A stretch of 64,000 nucleotides of DNA from Escherichia phage JLBYU22: the sequence record OK272484.1. One strand, given 5' to 3'. The notes beneath the pieces are model-generated. The model made no database searches. It worked only from the letters and a program-made list of their open reading frames with translations, and was not told the origin of the DNA. Made by a program: the position numbers and the translations under genes. Every line of letters begins with the position of its first letter. Position 1 is the stretch's first letter. This document shows, one piece after another, positions 20,593 through 30,450 of the stretch.

Positions 20593-21687
20593 ATGGCAAT
20601 TGTTAAAGAAATAACTGCTGATTTAATTAAAAAGTCCGGTGAGAAAATTTCAGCCGGACAGAGTACTAAATCAGAAGTAGGAACTAAAACATACACAGCC
20701 CAGTTTCCAACTGGGCGTGCTAGTGGTAATGACACTACAGGGGACTTCCAGGTAACAGATCTATATAAGAATGGATTATTATTTACTGCATACAATATGT
20801 CATCTAGGGATTCTGGAAGTCTTAGATCGATGAGATCTAACTACTCTTCTTCATCTTCGAGTATTTTACGTACAGCCAGAAACACTATCAGTAATACAGT
20901 ATCAAAACTGTCAAATGGATTAATATCAGATAATAATTCAGGAACAATAAGTAAAGCCCCTGTTGCAAATATTCTTTTACCAAGATCTAAATCCGATGTT
21001 GATACATCATCACATAGATTTAATGATGTTCAAGAAAGTCTTATCAGCAGAGGCGGAGGTACTGCTACTGGTGTGCTAAGTAATATTGCTTCAACTGCAG
21101 TATTTGGAGCACTGGAAAGTATAACACAAGGTATAATGGCTGATAATAATGAACAAATATACACTACGGCTCGAAGTATGTATGGTGGTGCTGAAAATAG
21201 AACTAAAGTGTTTACTTGGGATTTGACTCCACGTTCAACAGAAGATTTAATGGCTATTATTAATATCTATCAATATTTTAACTATTTTTCTTATGGTGAA
21301 ACTGGTAAATCTCAATATGCTGCTGAAATAAAGGGGTATTTAGATGATTGGTATCGTTCTACGTTAATTGAACCTTTATCTCCGGAAGACGCAGCTAAAA
21401 ATAAAACACTATTTGAGAAAATGACATCGAGTTTAACTAACGTTCTAGTAGTTTCAAACCCGACAATTTGGATGGTGAAAAACTTTGGTGCAACATCTAA
21501 GTTTGATGGAAAAACGGAAATATTTGGTCCATGCCAAATACAAAGCATTAGATTTGATAAAACGCCTAATGGTAACTTTAACGGATTAGCTATTGCTCCA
21601 AACCTCCCTAGTACATTTACTCTCGAGATTACTATGAGAGAAATTATCACGTTAAACCGTGCTTCTTTATATGCGGGGACTTTTTAA
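20593..21687 (+). CDS. 48: Baseplate-tail tube junction protein gp48
   Basis: 364 aa; synteny. Confidence 0.9.
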   Translation: MAIVKEITADLIKKSGEKISAGQSTKSEVGTKTYTAQFPTGRASGNDTTGDFQVTDLYKNGLLFTAYNMSSRDSGSLRSMRSNYSSSSSSILRTARNTISNTVSKLSNGLISDNNSGTISKAPVANILLPRSKSDVDTSSHRFNDVQESLISRGGGTATGVLSNIASTAVFGALESITQGIMADNNEQIYTTARSMYGGAENRTKVFTWDLTPRSTEDLMAIINIYQYFNYFSYGETGKSQYAAEIKGYLDDWYRSTLIEPLSPEDAAKNKTLFEKMTSSLTNVLVVSNPTIWMVKNFGATSKFDGKTEIFGPCQIQSIRFDKTPNGNFNGLAIAPNLPSTFTLEITMREIITLNRASLYAGTF

Positions 21688-22652
21688 TGTATTCTTTAGA
21701 GGAATTTAATAATCAAGCAATAAACGCAGATTTCCAACGTAATAATATGTTTAGCTGCGTTTTTGCGACAACTCCATCAACTAAAAGCTCTTCGTTGATA
21801 AGTTCAATTAGCAACTTTTCTTATAATAACTTGGGTCTAAATTCAGACTGGTTAGGATTGTCTCAAGGCGATATTAATCAGGGAATTACCACGCTAATTA
21901 CTGCTGGCACACAAAAACTGATAAGAAAATCAGGGGTTAGTAAATATCTTATTGGTGCCATGAGTCAACGTACAGTTCAAAGTTTATTGGGCTCATTTAC
22001 AGTTGGTACATATTTAATTGACTTCTTTAACATGGCATATAACTCATCTGGATTGATGATATACTCTGTAAAAATGCCAGAGAATAGATTATCTTATGAA
22101 ACTGACTGGAACTATAATTCTCCTAATATTCGTATAACCGGAAGAGAATTAGACCCTTTGGTTATTTCATTTAGAATGGATTCAGAAGCTTGTAACTATC
22201 GTGCAATGCAAGACTGGGTTAACTCTGTTCAAGACCCAGTAACTGGATTGCGTGCTTTGCCACAGGATGTCGAGGCAGATATTCAGGTTAATCTTCATGC
22301 TCGTAATGGATTACCTCATACTGCGGTGATGTTCACCGGATGCATTCCAGTGTCAGTGAGCGCTCCTGAGTTATCATATGATGGAGATAACCAAATAACT
22401 ACATTTGATGTTACTTTTGCGTATAGAGTCATGCAGGCTGGGTCGGTTGATAGACAAGCTGCGCTTGAGTGGCTTGAATCTGCTGCTATAAATGGCATTC
22501 AAAGTGTTCTCGGAAATAGTGGAGGTGTTACTGGATTATCTAATTCGCTTTCACGACTTAGTAGATTAGGAGGAACTGCTGGAAGCATTTCAAACATTAA
22601 TACTATGACGGGAATTGTCAACTCGCAAAGTAAAATATTAGGAGCAATATAA
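21687..22652 (+). CDS. 54: Tail tube initiator protein gp54
   Basis: 321 aa; TAATG coupling with gene 48. Confidence 0.9.
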   Translation: MYSLEEFNNQAINADFQRNNMFSCVFATTPSTKSSSLISSISNFSYNNLGLNSDWLGLSQGDINQGITTLITAGTQKLIRKSGVSKYLIGAMSQRTVQSLLGSFTVGTYLIDFFNMAYNSSGLMIYSVKMPENRLSYETDWNYNSPNIRITGRELDPLVISFRMDSEACNYRAMQDWVNSVQDPVTGLRALPQDVEADIQVNLHARNGLPHTAVMFTGCIPVSVSAPELSYDGDNQITTFDVTFAYRVMQAGSVDRQAALEWLESAAINGIQSVLGNSGGVTGLSNSLSRLSRLGGTAGSISNINTMTGIVNSQSKILGAI

Positions 22653-22656
22653 CAAT

Positions 22657-22674
22657 GGGGACCGAAAGGTCCCC
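22657..22674. terminator. Bidirectional terminator hairpin GGGGACC-GAAA-GGTCCCC between gene 54 and the convergent minus-strand block
   Basis: 7-bp perfect GC stem with T-run downstream. Confidence 0.8.
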
Positions 22675-22680
22675 ATATTT

Positions 22681-22971
22681 TTATTTACGGAATGAAATAA
22701 AAGCAGCAACTGAAGCAACTAAACTGTCTTCAATATAAACTTCAATTTTTACCGGAGCTTCTGACTCAAATTTACCTGTTACTACACCTTGGAAAATGCT
22801 TTCAGTCTGTTCTGGCTTTGAAAAATTTTCAGAAGGAAAAATTCCGAACTTTTTATCTGTTCCAAAAATTTTGATAAATTCATCGTAAACTGCTTCATTA
22901 AAAGCATTATCAGCAGGAATAACGCCTTCAACTACAAGTTCTTGACCTAAAAAGCGCAAAGAAGATTTCAT
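22681..22971 (-). CDS. Hypothetical 96-aa protein (position of T4 alt.-3)
   Basis: GAGGA RBS 7 nt upstream of ATG; preceded by early-promoter-like element. Confidence 0.65.
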   Translation of the reverse strand: MKSSLRFLGQELVVEGVIPADNAFNEAVYDEFIKIFGTDKKFGIFPSENFSKPEQTESIFQGVVTGKFESEAPVKIEVYIEDSLVASVAAFISFRK

Positions 22972-22978
22972 TTTGTGT

Positions 22979-23032
22979 TCCTCATGTTATGTCAGTAAGA
23001 TTACTATAACACAACACGAGGGACTTGTAAAC
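22979..23032 (-). promoter_or_regulatory. Early promoter-like element plus leader (-35 GTTTAC, 17-nt spacer, -10-like TTATAG, leader ending in GAGGA); copy A of a 54-bp repeat
   Basis: 52 of 54 nt identical to 38136-38189; the -35 overlaps the stop codon of the upstream Alt paralog. Confidence 0.6.
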
Positions 23033-25089
23033 TACATTTTGAACTTTTTAGACATTCCGTTAATGTTAACCAAAGAAGCTAAGATTTGAGAAACTTCGTT
23101 TTCCTCTTCTTTTGATTCTTCGACAAGGAATTGATTAAATCCAGTCATTGGACGAACTTCACCAGTTTCCATCAAATGGTCGCCATCATATACTGATTCC
23201 TCTAATTGTTCAGAAGGAGGAACGATTGTACCTTCGATTAGATACTTGTTATAAGCAGTTTCTTTCATAAAGTACGTACTTACTTTATTAATCTTCAGTA
23301 AAATTCCACGTGGTAGAATAACTTCAGCTTCTGATGGAAATCCTGATAAATGACCTGGAACGATAACTTTGATTCGCTCAGCTCCTTTAATTACCATACC
23401 CACGCTAGTTTCGGCATCTTCACTAGCATATGTAGAATGACTACCCATATGCATCAAATCTTCTGCATCAACGGAACCTTCTCCTTCACCAGAAAATACT
23501 GCGCCGGAATCATCTAAGGCCATATAGTTTTTACCATGCTCACCGAAGATATTTGGTTTAAGCGATGTGGATACGAAGTTCTTGAAATAGAACATTTTGT
23601 TTTCAATGTTATGACGCAAAGTTTTAAATGTAACTTCTTGTCCACGGTAAAGTGTAGTTCCTGGAGGAAGAACTGAACCTTTAGCGAATGCAGAATCAAG
23701 CGTCTCAATATGTTTAATAGCTCGTTCCATATATTCTTCGCGGGTAGAATCTGGTTTACCCAAAAGGAACGAGTTCATTTCAACATATGAATCTGCACAA
23801 TAATCTTCAATTACATCAGATTCAGCTTGAGTTAATCCTTTTGGAGTTACTTCGGTGCTCGCGTATTCATATGCCTGAGCGGCAGATTCATTAATCAATT
23901 TATAAATGCCATTCATGACAAATTGAATAATAGCTGTCTTTTCATCTGGTGTAGCTTTAGAACCTTTAACTAAATCATTGATAATTTTCTTAATAACATC
24001 AAAGCTATTAGAAATATTAATGTCAGCAAGATCGCTTAAAATTTTATCAGTTTTATAATCAAAGAATTCTTTATTCTTTAAATATTCTTGAGAACCTTGA
24101 TATGTTATATCGCTCTGCAACTTGATAGATGGATCACGTAAACGCGCATGGGCTAATGCAATATGATTTCGGAAACTTTCTAGTTCATAATCATTAGATT
24201 TAAAACGAGAAGCACTTCTCATACCACCGATAGCTCCTTTGTTAAAGTTTGAACCAATCTGGATAACCCCGGAGTTCATTGGTCCTTCTGCTTTATATAC
24301 CGGAACTTTAGATTCAAACTCTTGATATTTCTTAGCAGCGAAGCTATCACCCTGAAGTGAAGCATCAACAGTAGAATATTGAGCTTGTGCTGCTAATCGA
24401 CGACTAATTTTAGTTTTCTGAATAACAGCTTGATCCGTGCGCTTATCATTTTCTAAGGCAATAGAAGCAGCAACAGCAACAGCTTTAGGAACAGCATTAC
24501 CTGTTTTAACGTCTACATAAACATCACCAACCTTTGATTCAACTTTTGTGAATAACTCAGTTGAAATAGGAGGTACACCTGGAATGTCTTCTAAATTGGC
24601 ATTTTTACGGTAAACCATAATATATGCATACTTTTTATCGTAATCCCAGATTTCCTTTAAAAGAGCATATCGACCTGCTCCTTTAGTACGTACTAAACGG
24701 TCAGCAATAACTTGCATTTGACGAGCTGCGCCATTTGTTTTACTCTTTAGTACGCGGAATAAGCATGCATCAATTTTATACTGTTTCATTGTTTGAAGAG
24801 CAGTATCAAAAACCGCATTAATGACACCAATTGGATTTCCACCCAAGTTTTTAAGTTTAACGAGCGATAGTTTCTCATTGACACCTATCATTACGATATG
24901 CATCATTTTATCGCCTGGCTTAACGTTTTTATTTGTATCACCGCCAGAGGTGTATGTACAAAATCTAAATCCAGGAAGCACACTTTCTTCGCCGGCTTGA
25001 ATAGCAAAAATTTGCGGTATTTTATGCTTAGGATTTAAGTTAACAACCGGCGCCGAAGCGCCGTCAAATAATTCTGTAATAAGTTCCAT
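23032..25089 (-). CDS. Alt-family mono-ADP-ribosyltransferase paralog (685 aa), probably head-packaged
   Basis: N-terminal ~230 aa near-identical to the adjacent Alt; ART motifs YRGQ, FVSTSL and EAEVILPRG; start coupled 3 nt after the alt stop. Confidence 0.8.
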   Translation of the reverse strand: MELITELFDGASAPVVNLNPKHKIPQIFAIQAGEESVLPGFRFCTYTSGGDTNKNVKPGDKMMHIVMIGVNEKLSLVKLKNLGGNPIGVINAVFDTALQTMKQYKIDACLFRVLKSKTNGAARQMQVIADRLVRTKGAGRYALLKEIWDYDKKYAYIMVYRKNANLEDIPGVPPISTELFTKVESKVGDVYVDVKTGNAVPKAVAVAASIALENDKRTDQAVIQKTKISRRLAAQAQYSTVDASLQGDSFAAKKYQEFESKVPVYKAEGPMNSGVIQIGSNFNKGAIGGMRSASRFKSNDYELESFRNHIALAHARLRDPSIKLQSDITYQGSQEYLKNKEFFDYKTDKILSDLADINISNSFDVIKKIINDLVKGSKATPDEKTAIIQFVMNGIYKLINESAAQAYEYASTEVTPKGLTQAESDVIEDYCADSYVEMNSFLLGKPDSTREEYMERAIKHIETLDSAFAKGSVLPPGTTLYRGQEVTFKTLRHNIENKMFYFKNFVSTSLKPNIFGEHGKNYMALDDSGAVFSGEGEGSVDAEDLMHMGSHSTYASEDAETSVGMVIKGAERIKVIVPGHLSGFPSEAEVILPRGILLKINKVSTYFMKETAYNKYLIEGTIVPPSEQLEESVYDGDHLMETGEVRPMTGFNQFLVEESKEEENEVSQILASLVNINGMSKKFKM

Positions 25090-25092
25090 GAT

Positions 25093-27186
25093 TTATCCTT
25101 GAACGAACTTGTAAGGCATGTTTGTAATATCTATGCAAGACGCAATAATTCCAAGAGATGATTCTACTTTTTGTTTAACATTTGATGAAACAAATGATGC
25201 AAAGTCAACTCTGTCTTCTATTTCAATATCACCTGTCATTGCAACTACTTCGCCGGTTTCCATTAAATGGTCTCCATCATAGATTACCGATTCGGTGAGC
25301 TCTTCCGTGGTCATAACTTCAGCTTGAATGAGTTTTGTATTATTAGACGTGGTTCCGTCATTATTAGAAGCATCAGTTATTTTATTAACTTTGACCATCA
25401 ATCCGCGCGGTAGAATAACTTCAGCTTCTGTTGCTATTCCGAGACTTCCTGGATATACAACATTAACTTTATGAGCTCCATCAATTGCCCATCCTATTTG
25501 AACTTTAACGTATTCAGGATTTTCTTTATACGCTCTTATTTCGTTTGGATTAATAGTTATTCCTTCTTCATTTTTATCAACTGTCAATTCATTACGAGCT
25601 TCTGGTTCTAAAAGACCAATACCAGCATGTGTAATTCCAAAACGTCCAAAAATGATAGGAGTTAAAGAAGTAGATACAAAATTTCTGAAATAGAACACTT
25701 TATTTTTAACTAGTGCTTCGTATATAGGAGCAGTCATACTTTGAGCACGATAAACTGTGATGCCTTCCGGTATGCGGTCACCATTTTCAAAAGCTGAATC
25801 TAAGTTATTTATAGCAGATTCAATTTCTTTTTCACTCATTACATCATATCGTTCTGGATTGTAACGACCTAAAAGAAGATTATTGATGTCAGTATATCCT
25901 GAACCGCAATATTCTCTAATGCCACGCTTTTGTGATGGAGTATATTTAGAACCATCGCGGGCAATAGTAATATCAATCATTGGACCAGCACCAATTCCAG
26001 AAAAACTGTAAATCATTCGTTTGAGGAATTTAGTTTTTGCTGCGTTCCAGGAATTTTTAGTTATTTCTTCCCAGACTTCATCTGGTTGTCCTTTACGATT
26101 TTTATTATGATTAGCAAGCCATTTATCTTTATAATCTTCAAAGAATTGATTTACAGCTGCTGCGTATTTCTCTAAACATTTTATTGAAGTAGTTGGTTCA
26201 TTTTTAATCGCATTAAGAATTACATCTTTAATTTTTTCAGAAACTTCATTAACCTCACTTTTTGAAAAGAATTTATAGTCATAATGAAGTTCATCTGCAG
26301 TTCCTTCGGCAATGATTTTTGCTGCTTTAGTTTTAGAAGCTAATGAATTAATTCCAAGCTTCATTTCTTCTGCTTCGGGAATTAAAGGAGCCGTAGCAGG
26401 TTTATTGAAATTAGCTGCGGTAGATTCATACTTTTGGAATAATTCACTTTCAAATCTAGAAGATTCTAATGATTGACTTTGTGCAATTGCTCTACGGGAA
26501 ATTTTAACTTTAACGATTACAGCTTGGTCAGAACGTTTATCGTTTTCTTGCGCAATAGATGCAGCAATTGCCTCATTTTTAGTTACTTGAGCTCCAGTAT
26601 CTTTATTGATATAAACATCACCGACCTTTGATTCAACTTTAGTAAAGAGCTCGGTACTAATTTCCGGAACTCCTGGAATGTCTTCTAGTGATACATTTTT
26701 GCGATGTATAAGAATATATGCATACTTTTTATCGTAATCCCAGAGTTCCTTAAGAAGGACGTATCTACCACCTGAACGACTACGGATAAGTCTATCAGCA
26801 ATAACTTGAATTTGTCGAGCTTGACCAGCGGTTTTAGACTTAAGAATACGGAGCATACAGGCATCAATTTTATACTGACGCATAGTTTGCATTGCAACAG
26901 TAAAAACTGAATTGATATAATTAATTGGGCTTGGACCAAGACCTTTTAATTTAGCAATTGAACCTTTAGCAGTTAATGTAAAAGGAACAATATGCATCAT
27001 TTTATCGCCCATCTTTAAATCGCGATTAGTATCACCTCCAGATGTATAGGTGCATAAACGAAAGCCTGGCTGTTCAATTGCATCATCAACGTGAACTGAA
27101 AAAATTTGCGGTATTTTCTTCTTTGGATTTAAGTTTGTAATCGGAAGAGTAGTATCTTCGTCAAATAATTCTGTAATAAGTTCCAT
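25093..27186 (-). CDS. alt: Alt ADP-ribosyltransferase (head protein that modifies host RNA polymerase in T4)
   Basis: About 697 aa (track has an extra Met at 27189); ART motifs YRAQ, FVSTSL and EAEVILPRG; position adjacent to gene 30 as in T4. Confidence 0.85.
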   Translation of the reverse strand: MELITELFDEDTTLPITNLNPKKKIPQIFSVHVDDAIEQPGFRLCTYTSGGDTNRDLKMGDKMMHIVPFTLTAKGSIAKLKGLGPSPINYINSVFTVAMQTMRQYKIDACMLRILKSKTAGQARQIQVIADRLIRSRSGGRYVLLKELWDYDKKYAYILIHRKNVSLEDIPGVPEISTELFTKVESKVGDVYINKDTGAQVTKNEAIAASIAQENDKRSDQAVIVKVKISRRAIAQSQSLESSRFESELFQKYESTAANFNKPATAPLIPEAEEMKLGINSLASKTKAAKIIAEGTADELHYDYKFFSKSEVNEVSEKIKDVILNAIKNEPTTSIKCLEKYAAAVNQFFEDYKDKWLANHNKNRKGQPDEVWEEITKNSWNAAKTKFLKRMIYSFSGIGAGPMIDITIARDGSKYTPSQKRGIREYCGSGYTDINNLLLGRYNPERYDVMSEKEIESAINNLDSAFENGDRIPEGITVYRAQSMTAPIYEALVKNKVFYFRNFVSTSLTPIIFGRFGITHAGIGLLEPEARNELTVDKNEEGITINPNEIRAYKENPEYVKVQIGWAIDGAHKVNVVYPGSLGIATEAEVILPRGLMVKVNKITDASNNDGTTSNNTKLIQAEVMTTEELTESVIYDGDHLMETGEVVAMTGDIEIEDRVDFASFVSSNVKQKVESSLGIIASCIDITNMPYKFVQG

Positions 27187-27209
27187 CATAGCCTCTCTAG
27201 TGTTTATTC

Positions 27210-27217
27210 TATTTATA
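27210..27217 (-). promoter_or_regulatory. Late promoter box TATAAATA (minus strand) ~20 nt upstream of alt
   Basis: Plus strand reads TATTTATA; consistent with Alt being a late, packaged protein. Confidence 0.6.
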
Positions 27218-27223
27218 AAATTA

Positions 27224-27240
27224 AAGGCCCGAAGGCCTTT
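27224..27240 (-). terminator. Hairpin AAAGGCC-CGAA-GGCCTTT after the 62-aa ORF
   Basis: Inverted repeat read directly; U-rich on the minus strand. Confidence 0.5.
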
Positions 27241-27427
27241 AGTAATCTAGTGGTAAGAGAGTACGATATATTTCAAACTTTGGTCCTTTTTCATAGGCAT
27301 CAAATGTTTCTGTAAATTTATTATAAGCGTATGCATCTACAAATTCGAGAATGACTTGTGATACAGAAGTAGAAACATCTCCACCTTCTTTTTGAGCAAT
27401 GACAATTGTTTCTAAGTAAGCTTTCAT
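27239..27427 (-). CDS. Hypothetical 62-aa protein between gene 30 and alt
   Basis: ATGA start/stop overlap with the gene 30 stop. Confidence 0.6.
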   Translation of the reverse strand: MKAYLETIVIAQKEGGDVSTSVSQVILEFVDAYAYNKFTETFDAYEKGPKFEIYRTLLPLDY

Positions 27428-28887
27428 AGACCAGTTACCTCATGAAAATCACCAAATACATCCTCGAATGTATTAGCTTTAGTTTTATCTTCACGTAAAC
27501 GAATCGCAATCGGAAGAAATAATTTAACGTAATCAGTGCGGCCATCAGATTTTAACCAACCGTTGCATTCGCACTCTAGAATTTTTCCAATATAATAATT
27601 TTGGTTTTCCATAATGCGAGTACGGTCAAGCTCATGTGATTTTACGCCGGCTTTATCTTTTAAGCCTGAACCAGCATTTACTTTAATTTTTCCACACTCT
27701 GACTCAAGAATAAATCCACCTGCTTTAGTAGGGTCTTTACGGTGAGGATAAATTCCTACAATTTTTAAATCAACATCAATTACTTCTTTAAATTTATAGA
27801 GATTTTTTGAACGGGCATTTTCCCATAACCCATCAACGTTTTTGAGAATAATACCTTCAAGACCTTGATCAATATACTTTTTGTAAATTACCTTAGCTTC
27901 ATCTAGGTTATTTACTACCTGGTTTTCAATTAAAATTACTTTATCATAGCCTGATGTCATTTGTTCTAGTTTAGAAAAACGTACATCATACTTTAAACGA
28001 AATGCAGGAAGACCATATATTTCTACTAATGGAACATAATCCCAGACCTGAAACTTCATGCATTGTGCTTCTTTTTCGGAAATGGTTCCCTTTAAAGATT
28101 TATTAGCGATTCCATTAGAAGCAGTACGTGATTCAGCTACTTCGGCGAATTCTTTAGCTTTACTAATTTCAGGATAAGCATTAAAAAGAAAATCTAGGCC
28201 TTCTGGCTCCTTTTTAACTTGCTCATGGTATACCAATTCGCCATCAATTAACACACCTTCTGGATGAATCTGGCGGGCTTCAGCGGTCATTTTAATTAAC
28301 TCTTCCTTAAGAAGATCTAATCCTAGATATTCATTACCAGCTCGTGATAAAAGACGAACATCATCTAATTCATCACCTCTGACTTCAGCAAAGCACCGAG
28401 CTCCATCAGCTTTTAACTGGGCAAAAGCTGGAAATTTGATATTCTTATTAATGCCTTTTTCATCATAAGAACTTGCAAGCATTTGAGGTTGTTCAGGAAT
28501 TAAACCTGGCCAAACTTTGTTTGCAATAGATACTGAAGCACCGCATTCAAGGTCTCGCATCATCACTCGACGCAAAACTTCAACATCATCTTTTTTACCA
28601 TCGGTGATATATCCAATTAATTCCTCAATTGCCGCATTTCCAGTCAATTTCCGAGTAGCTAACGTGAATTCAATGAAGTCAAGCATATCGGTAAGAGTCA
28701 ACATTCCAAAACTCTGGGTAGCAATACCCGGTTTAGGCCATTTCTTGATATAATACTGTAACCCACGAGAATAAGTCAGACGATATACTCGTTTAAGCAA
28801 TTCATTATCTTTGTTCTTTTCAAGAATTGCTTGCTTCTGCTTAGTTGAACCAATAGATGCTATTTCGTTCAGAATTTTAAGAATCAT
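27424..28887 (-). CDS. 30: ATP-dependent DNA ligase gp30
   Basis: 487 aa; KADGAR adenylation motif. Confidence 0.97.
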   Translation of the reverse strand: MILKILNEIASIGSTKQKQAILEKNKDNELLKRVYRLTYSRGLQYYIKKWPKPGIATQSFGMLTLTDMLDFIEFTLATRKLTGNAAIEELIGYITDGKKDDVEVLRRVMMRDLECGASVSIANKVWPGLIPEQPQMLASSYDEKGINKNIKFPAFAQLKADGARCFAEVRGDELDDVRLLSRAGNEYLGLDLLKEELIKMTAEARQIHPEGVLIDGELVYHEQVKKEPEGLDFLFNAYPEISKAKEFAEVAESRTASNGIANKSLKGTISEKEAQCMKFQVWDYVPLVEIYGLPAFRLKYDVRFSKLEQMTSGYDKVILIENQVVNNLDEAKVIYKKYIDQGLEGIILKNVDGLWENARSKNLYKFKEVIDVDLKIVGIYPHRKDPTKAGGFILESECGKIKVNAGSGLKDKAGVKSHELDRTRIMENQNYYIGKILECECNGWLKSDGRTDYVKLFLPIAIRLREDKTKANTFEDVFGDFHEVTGL

Positions 28888-29153
28888 TGTTCATCCTTTA
28901 GAGTTTGGTTTACAGCTCTATTATAAATCAATTCATCATTAAGCTCAGTCAAAGACCTGTGGTACGTGGTTCTAACTTTATTTCCTTGCATCCAGTGCTT
29001 GACGTAAATGAAACCTTGCTCTACACATTTTTTAAAAATTCGTTCGTCTTTTTGAGCTCGGAATTCTGGATTGCATCTAAAAAATTGATTTACGTGACCG
29101 TAATCACGTGTAGTATTACCTTCATTTTCATAAATAGTGTGAACGACAAACAT
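28884..29153 (-). CDS. Hypothetical protein (T4 30.1 position)
   Basis: 89-aa ORF, coupled to neighbours. Confidence 0.6.
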   Translation of the reverse strand: MFVVHTIYENEGNTTRDYGHVNQFFRCNPEFRAQKDERIFKKCVEQGFIYVKHWMQGNKVRTTYHRSLTELNDELIYNRAVNQTLKDEQ

Positions 29154-29989
29154 TAGAATGCTCCTTGGAAAATATTATCACCACTAGTAGGTCTATTATA
29201 CAAATACTCTATGCCACCGGGCTTAATATAGTTCCATGTCTGAAACGGATGTGTCTGATATGGATGATATAGATTATAAGGATTAAATCCAGGAGTTCTC
29301 CAGGTAGTGTTCCAAGGAAAAGAATCATTTTTAATCATCTTTTCAATTACATCTTTTATAACTTTTTCACTATCAAAACTTTCTTTATTTTCCTTCGATG
29401 GAAAAAGCTTATTCTCTACATCATTCCATGTATAAACTCGCTGAGCGGTTTTTGGAATACTGTCACGCTCCCCTCGAGCCATCCAATAAACAGGAACATT
29501 TAATATTTCACTCGCGTGATCGCAATGGTGAGCGAGATCGTCAATATAACAAATTACGTTATATTTCTCTTTTGCCTTTTTGAACAACTCTTCTTTTGAA
29601 GAATCATGACCACACATCAATACTTCTGAGAAGGCACCAGGAAAAAGAGCATTCAAATTAAATTGACGATTCAGCAGAGCGTCAATAGAATCACCCAATG
29701 CTGTAACAGCTACAAAATTATAATCTTCTTTTAATTTGTTAATTACACACAGGGCATCTTTATATGGAGACAAGTAACGAATAAAATCTGAACGATTATA
29801 CTTTTCGATTAATTTAACACCGAGTTCTTCATCGCAATTAAAGAGCTTACCAGGAGAAATAAATTTTTCGTCCTGAATCATTTTTAAAATATGTTCCAAC
29901 GGAAGATTATATTTTTGGGCAAAATAAGGAAGGCCCGATTGCCAGCTTAAACATACCCCGTCAATATCAGTCAAAATAGTAGGCTTCAT
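29153..29989 (-). CDS. HAD-superfamily phosphatase-like protein (T4 30.2 position)
   Basis: 278 aa; N-terminal LTDIDGV matches HAD motif I (DxDGV). Confidence 0.65.
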   Translation of the reverse strand: MKPTILTDIDGVCLSWQSGLPYFAQKYNLPLEHILKMIQDEKFISPGKLFNCDEELGVKLIEKYNRSDFIRYLSPYKDALCVINKLKEDYNFVAVTALGDSIDALLNRQFNLNALFPGAFSEVLMCGHDSSKEELFKKAKEKYNVICYIDDLAHHCDHASEILNVPVYWMARGERDSIPKTAQRVYTWNDVENKLFPSKENKESFDSEKVIKDVIEKMIKNDSFPWNTTWRTPGFNPYNLYHPYQTHPFQTWNYIKPGGIEYLYNRPTSGDNIFQGAF

Positions 29990-30450
29990 AGAGAGTCTCT
30001 TAATAGGTTTAACACATCAATAAATTCAGCTTCGGTTAGTATTGTATCATCTTTTGTTAGACCACTAGCCATGCTGTGCTTCAAAACTTTTCCTTTCGAG
30101 GCTAGTAATGCATCACGAAAGCCCTTGTTTTGAATCGCTGCTTCAAAATATGCATTTGTGTATAATTCTTTCCACGCCGGGGAGTATCTTGAAAACGGAA
30201 CTCCAATCCAGAAGAGGGTCCCACGGTCCTGAGCTCTAGCATAAGACCTTCCAGCTTGTTGGGCGGCAAGCCCGGATAACCCAAATATACGACGTTGTTG
30301 TTCAACATTTTTCACCTTACACCCTTGGAGGAATCCTTCAAGACCTCCAAATTGAATACCATCCATAACGAAAGGCCATTGGGCGAAATTACTTAATGCA
30401 CATGATGGCCACCTAAAATTGCTTCTAATCTCTAACTCAGACATTTTCAA
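29986..30450 (-). CDS. YbiA/NADAR-like (DUF1768-like) protein (T4 30.3 position)
   Basis: 154 aa; LSNFAQWPFVMDGIQF resembles the YbiA FSNFAAWPIKVDG core; assignment from motif memory only. Confidence 0.5.
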   Translation of the reverse strand: MKMSELEIRSNFRWPSCALSNFAQWPFVMDGIQFGGLEGFLQGCKVKNVEQQRRIFGLSGLAAQQAGRSYARAQDRGTLFWIGVPFSRYSPAWKELYTNAYFEAAIQNKGFRDALLASKGKVLKHSMASGLTKDDTILTEAEFIDVLNLLRDSL

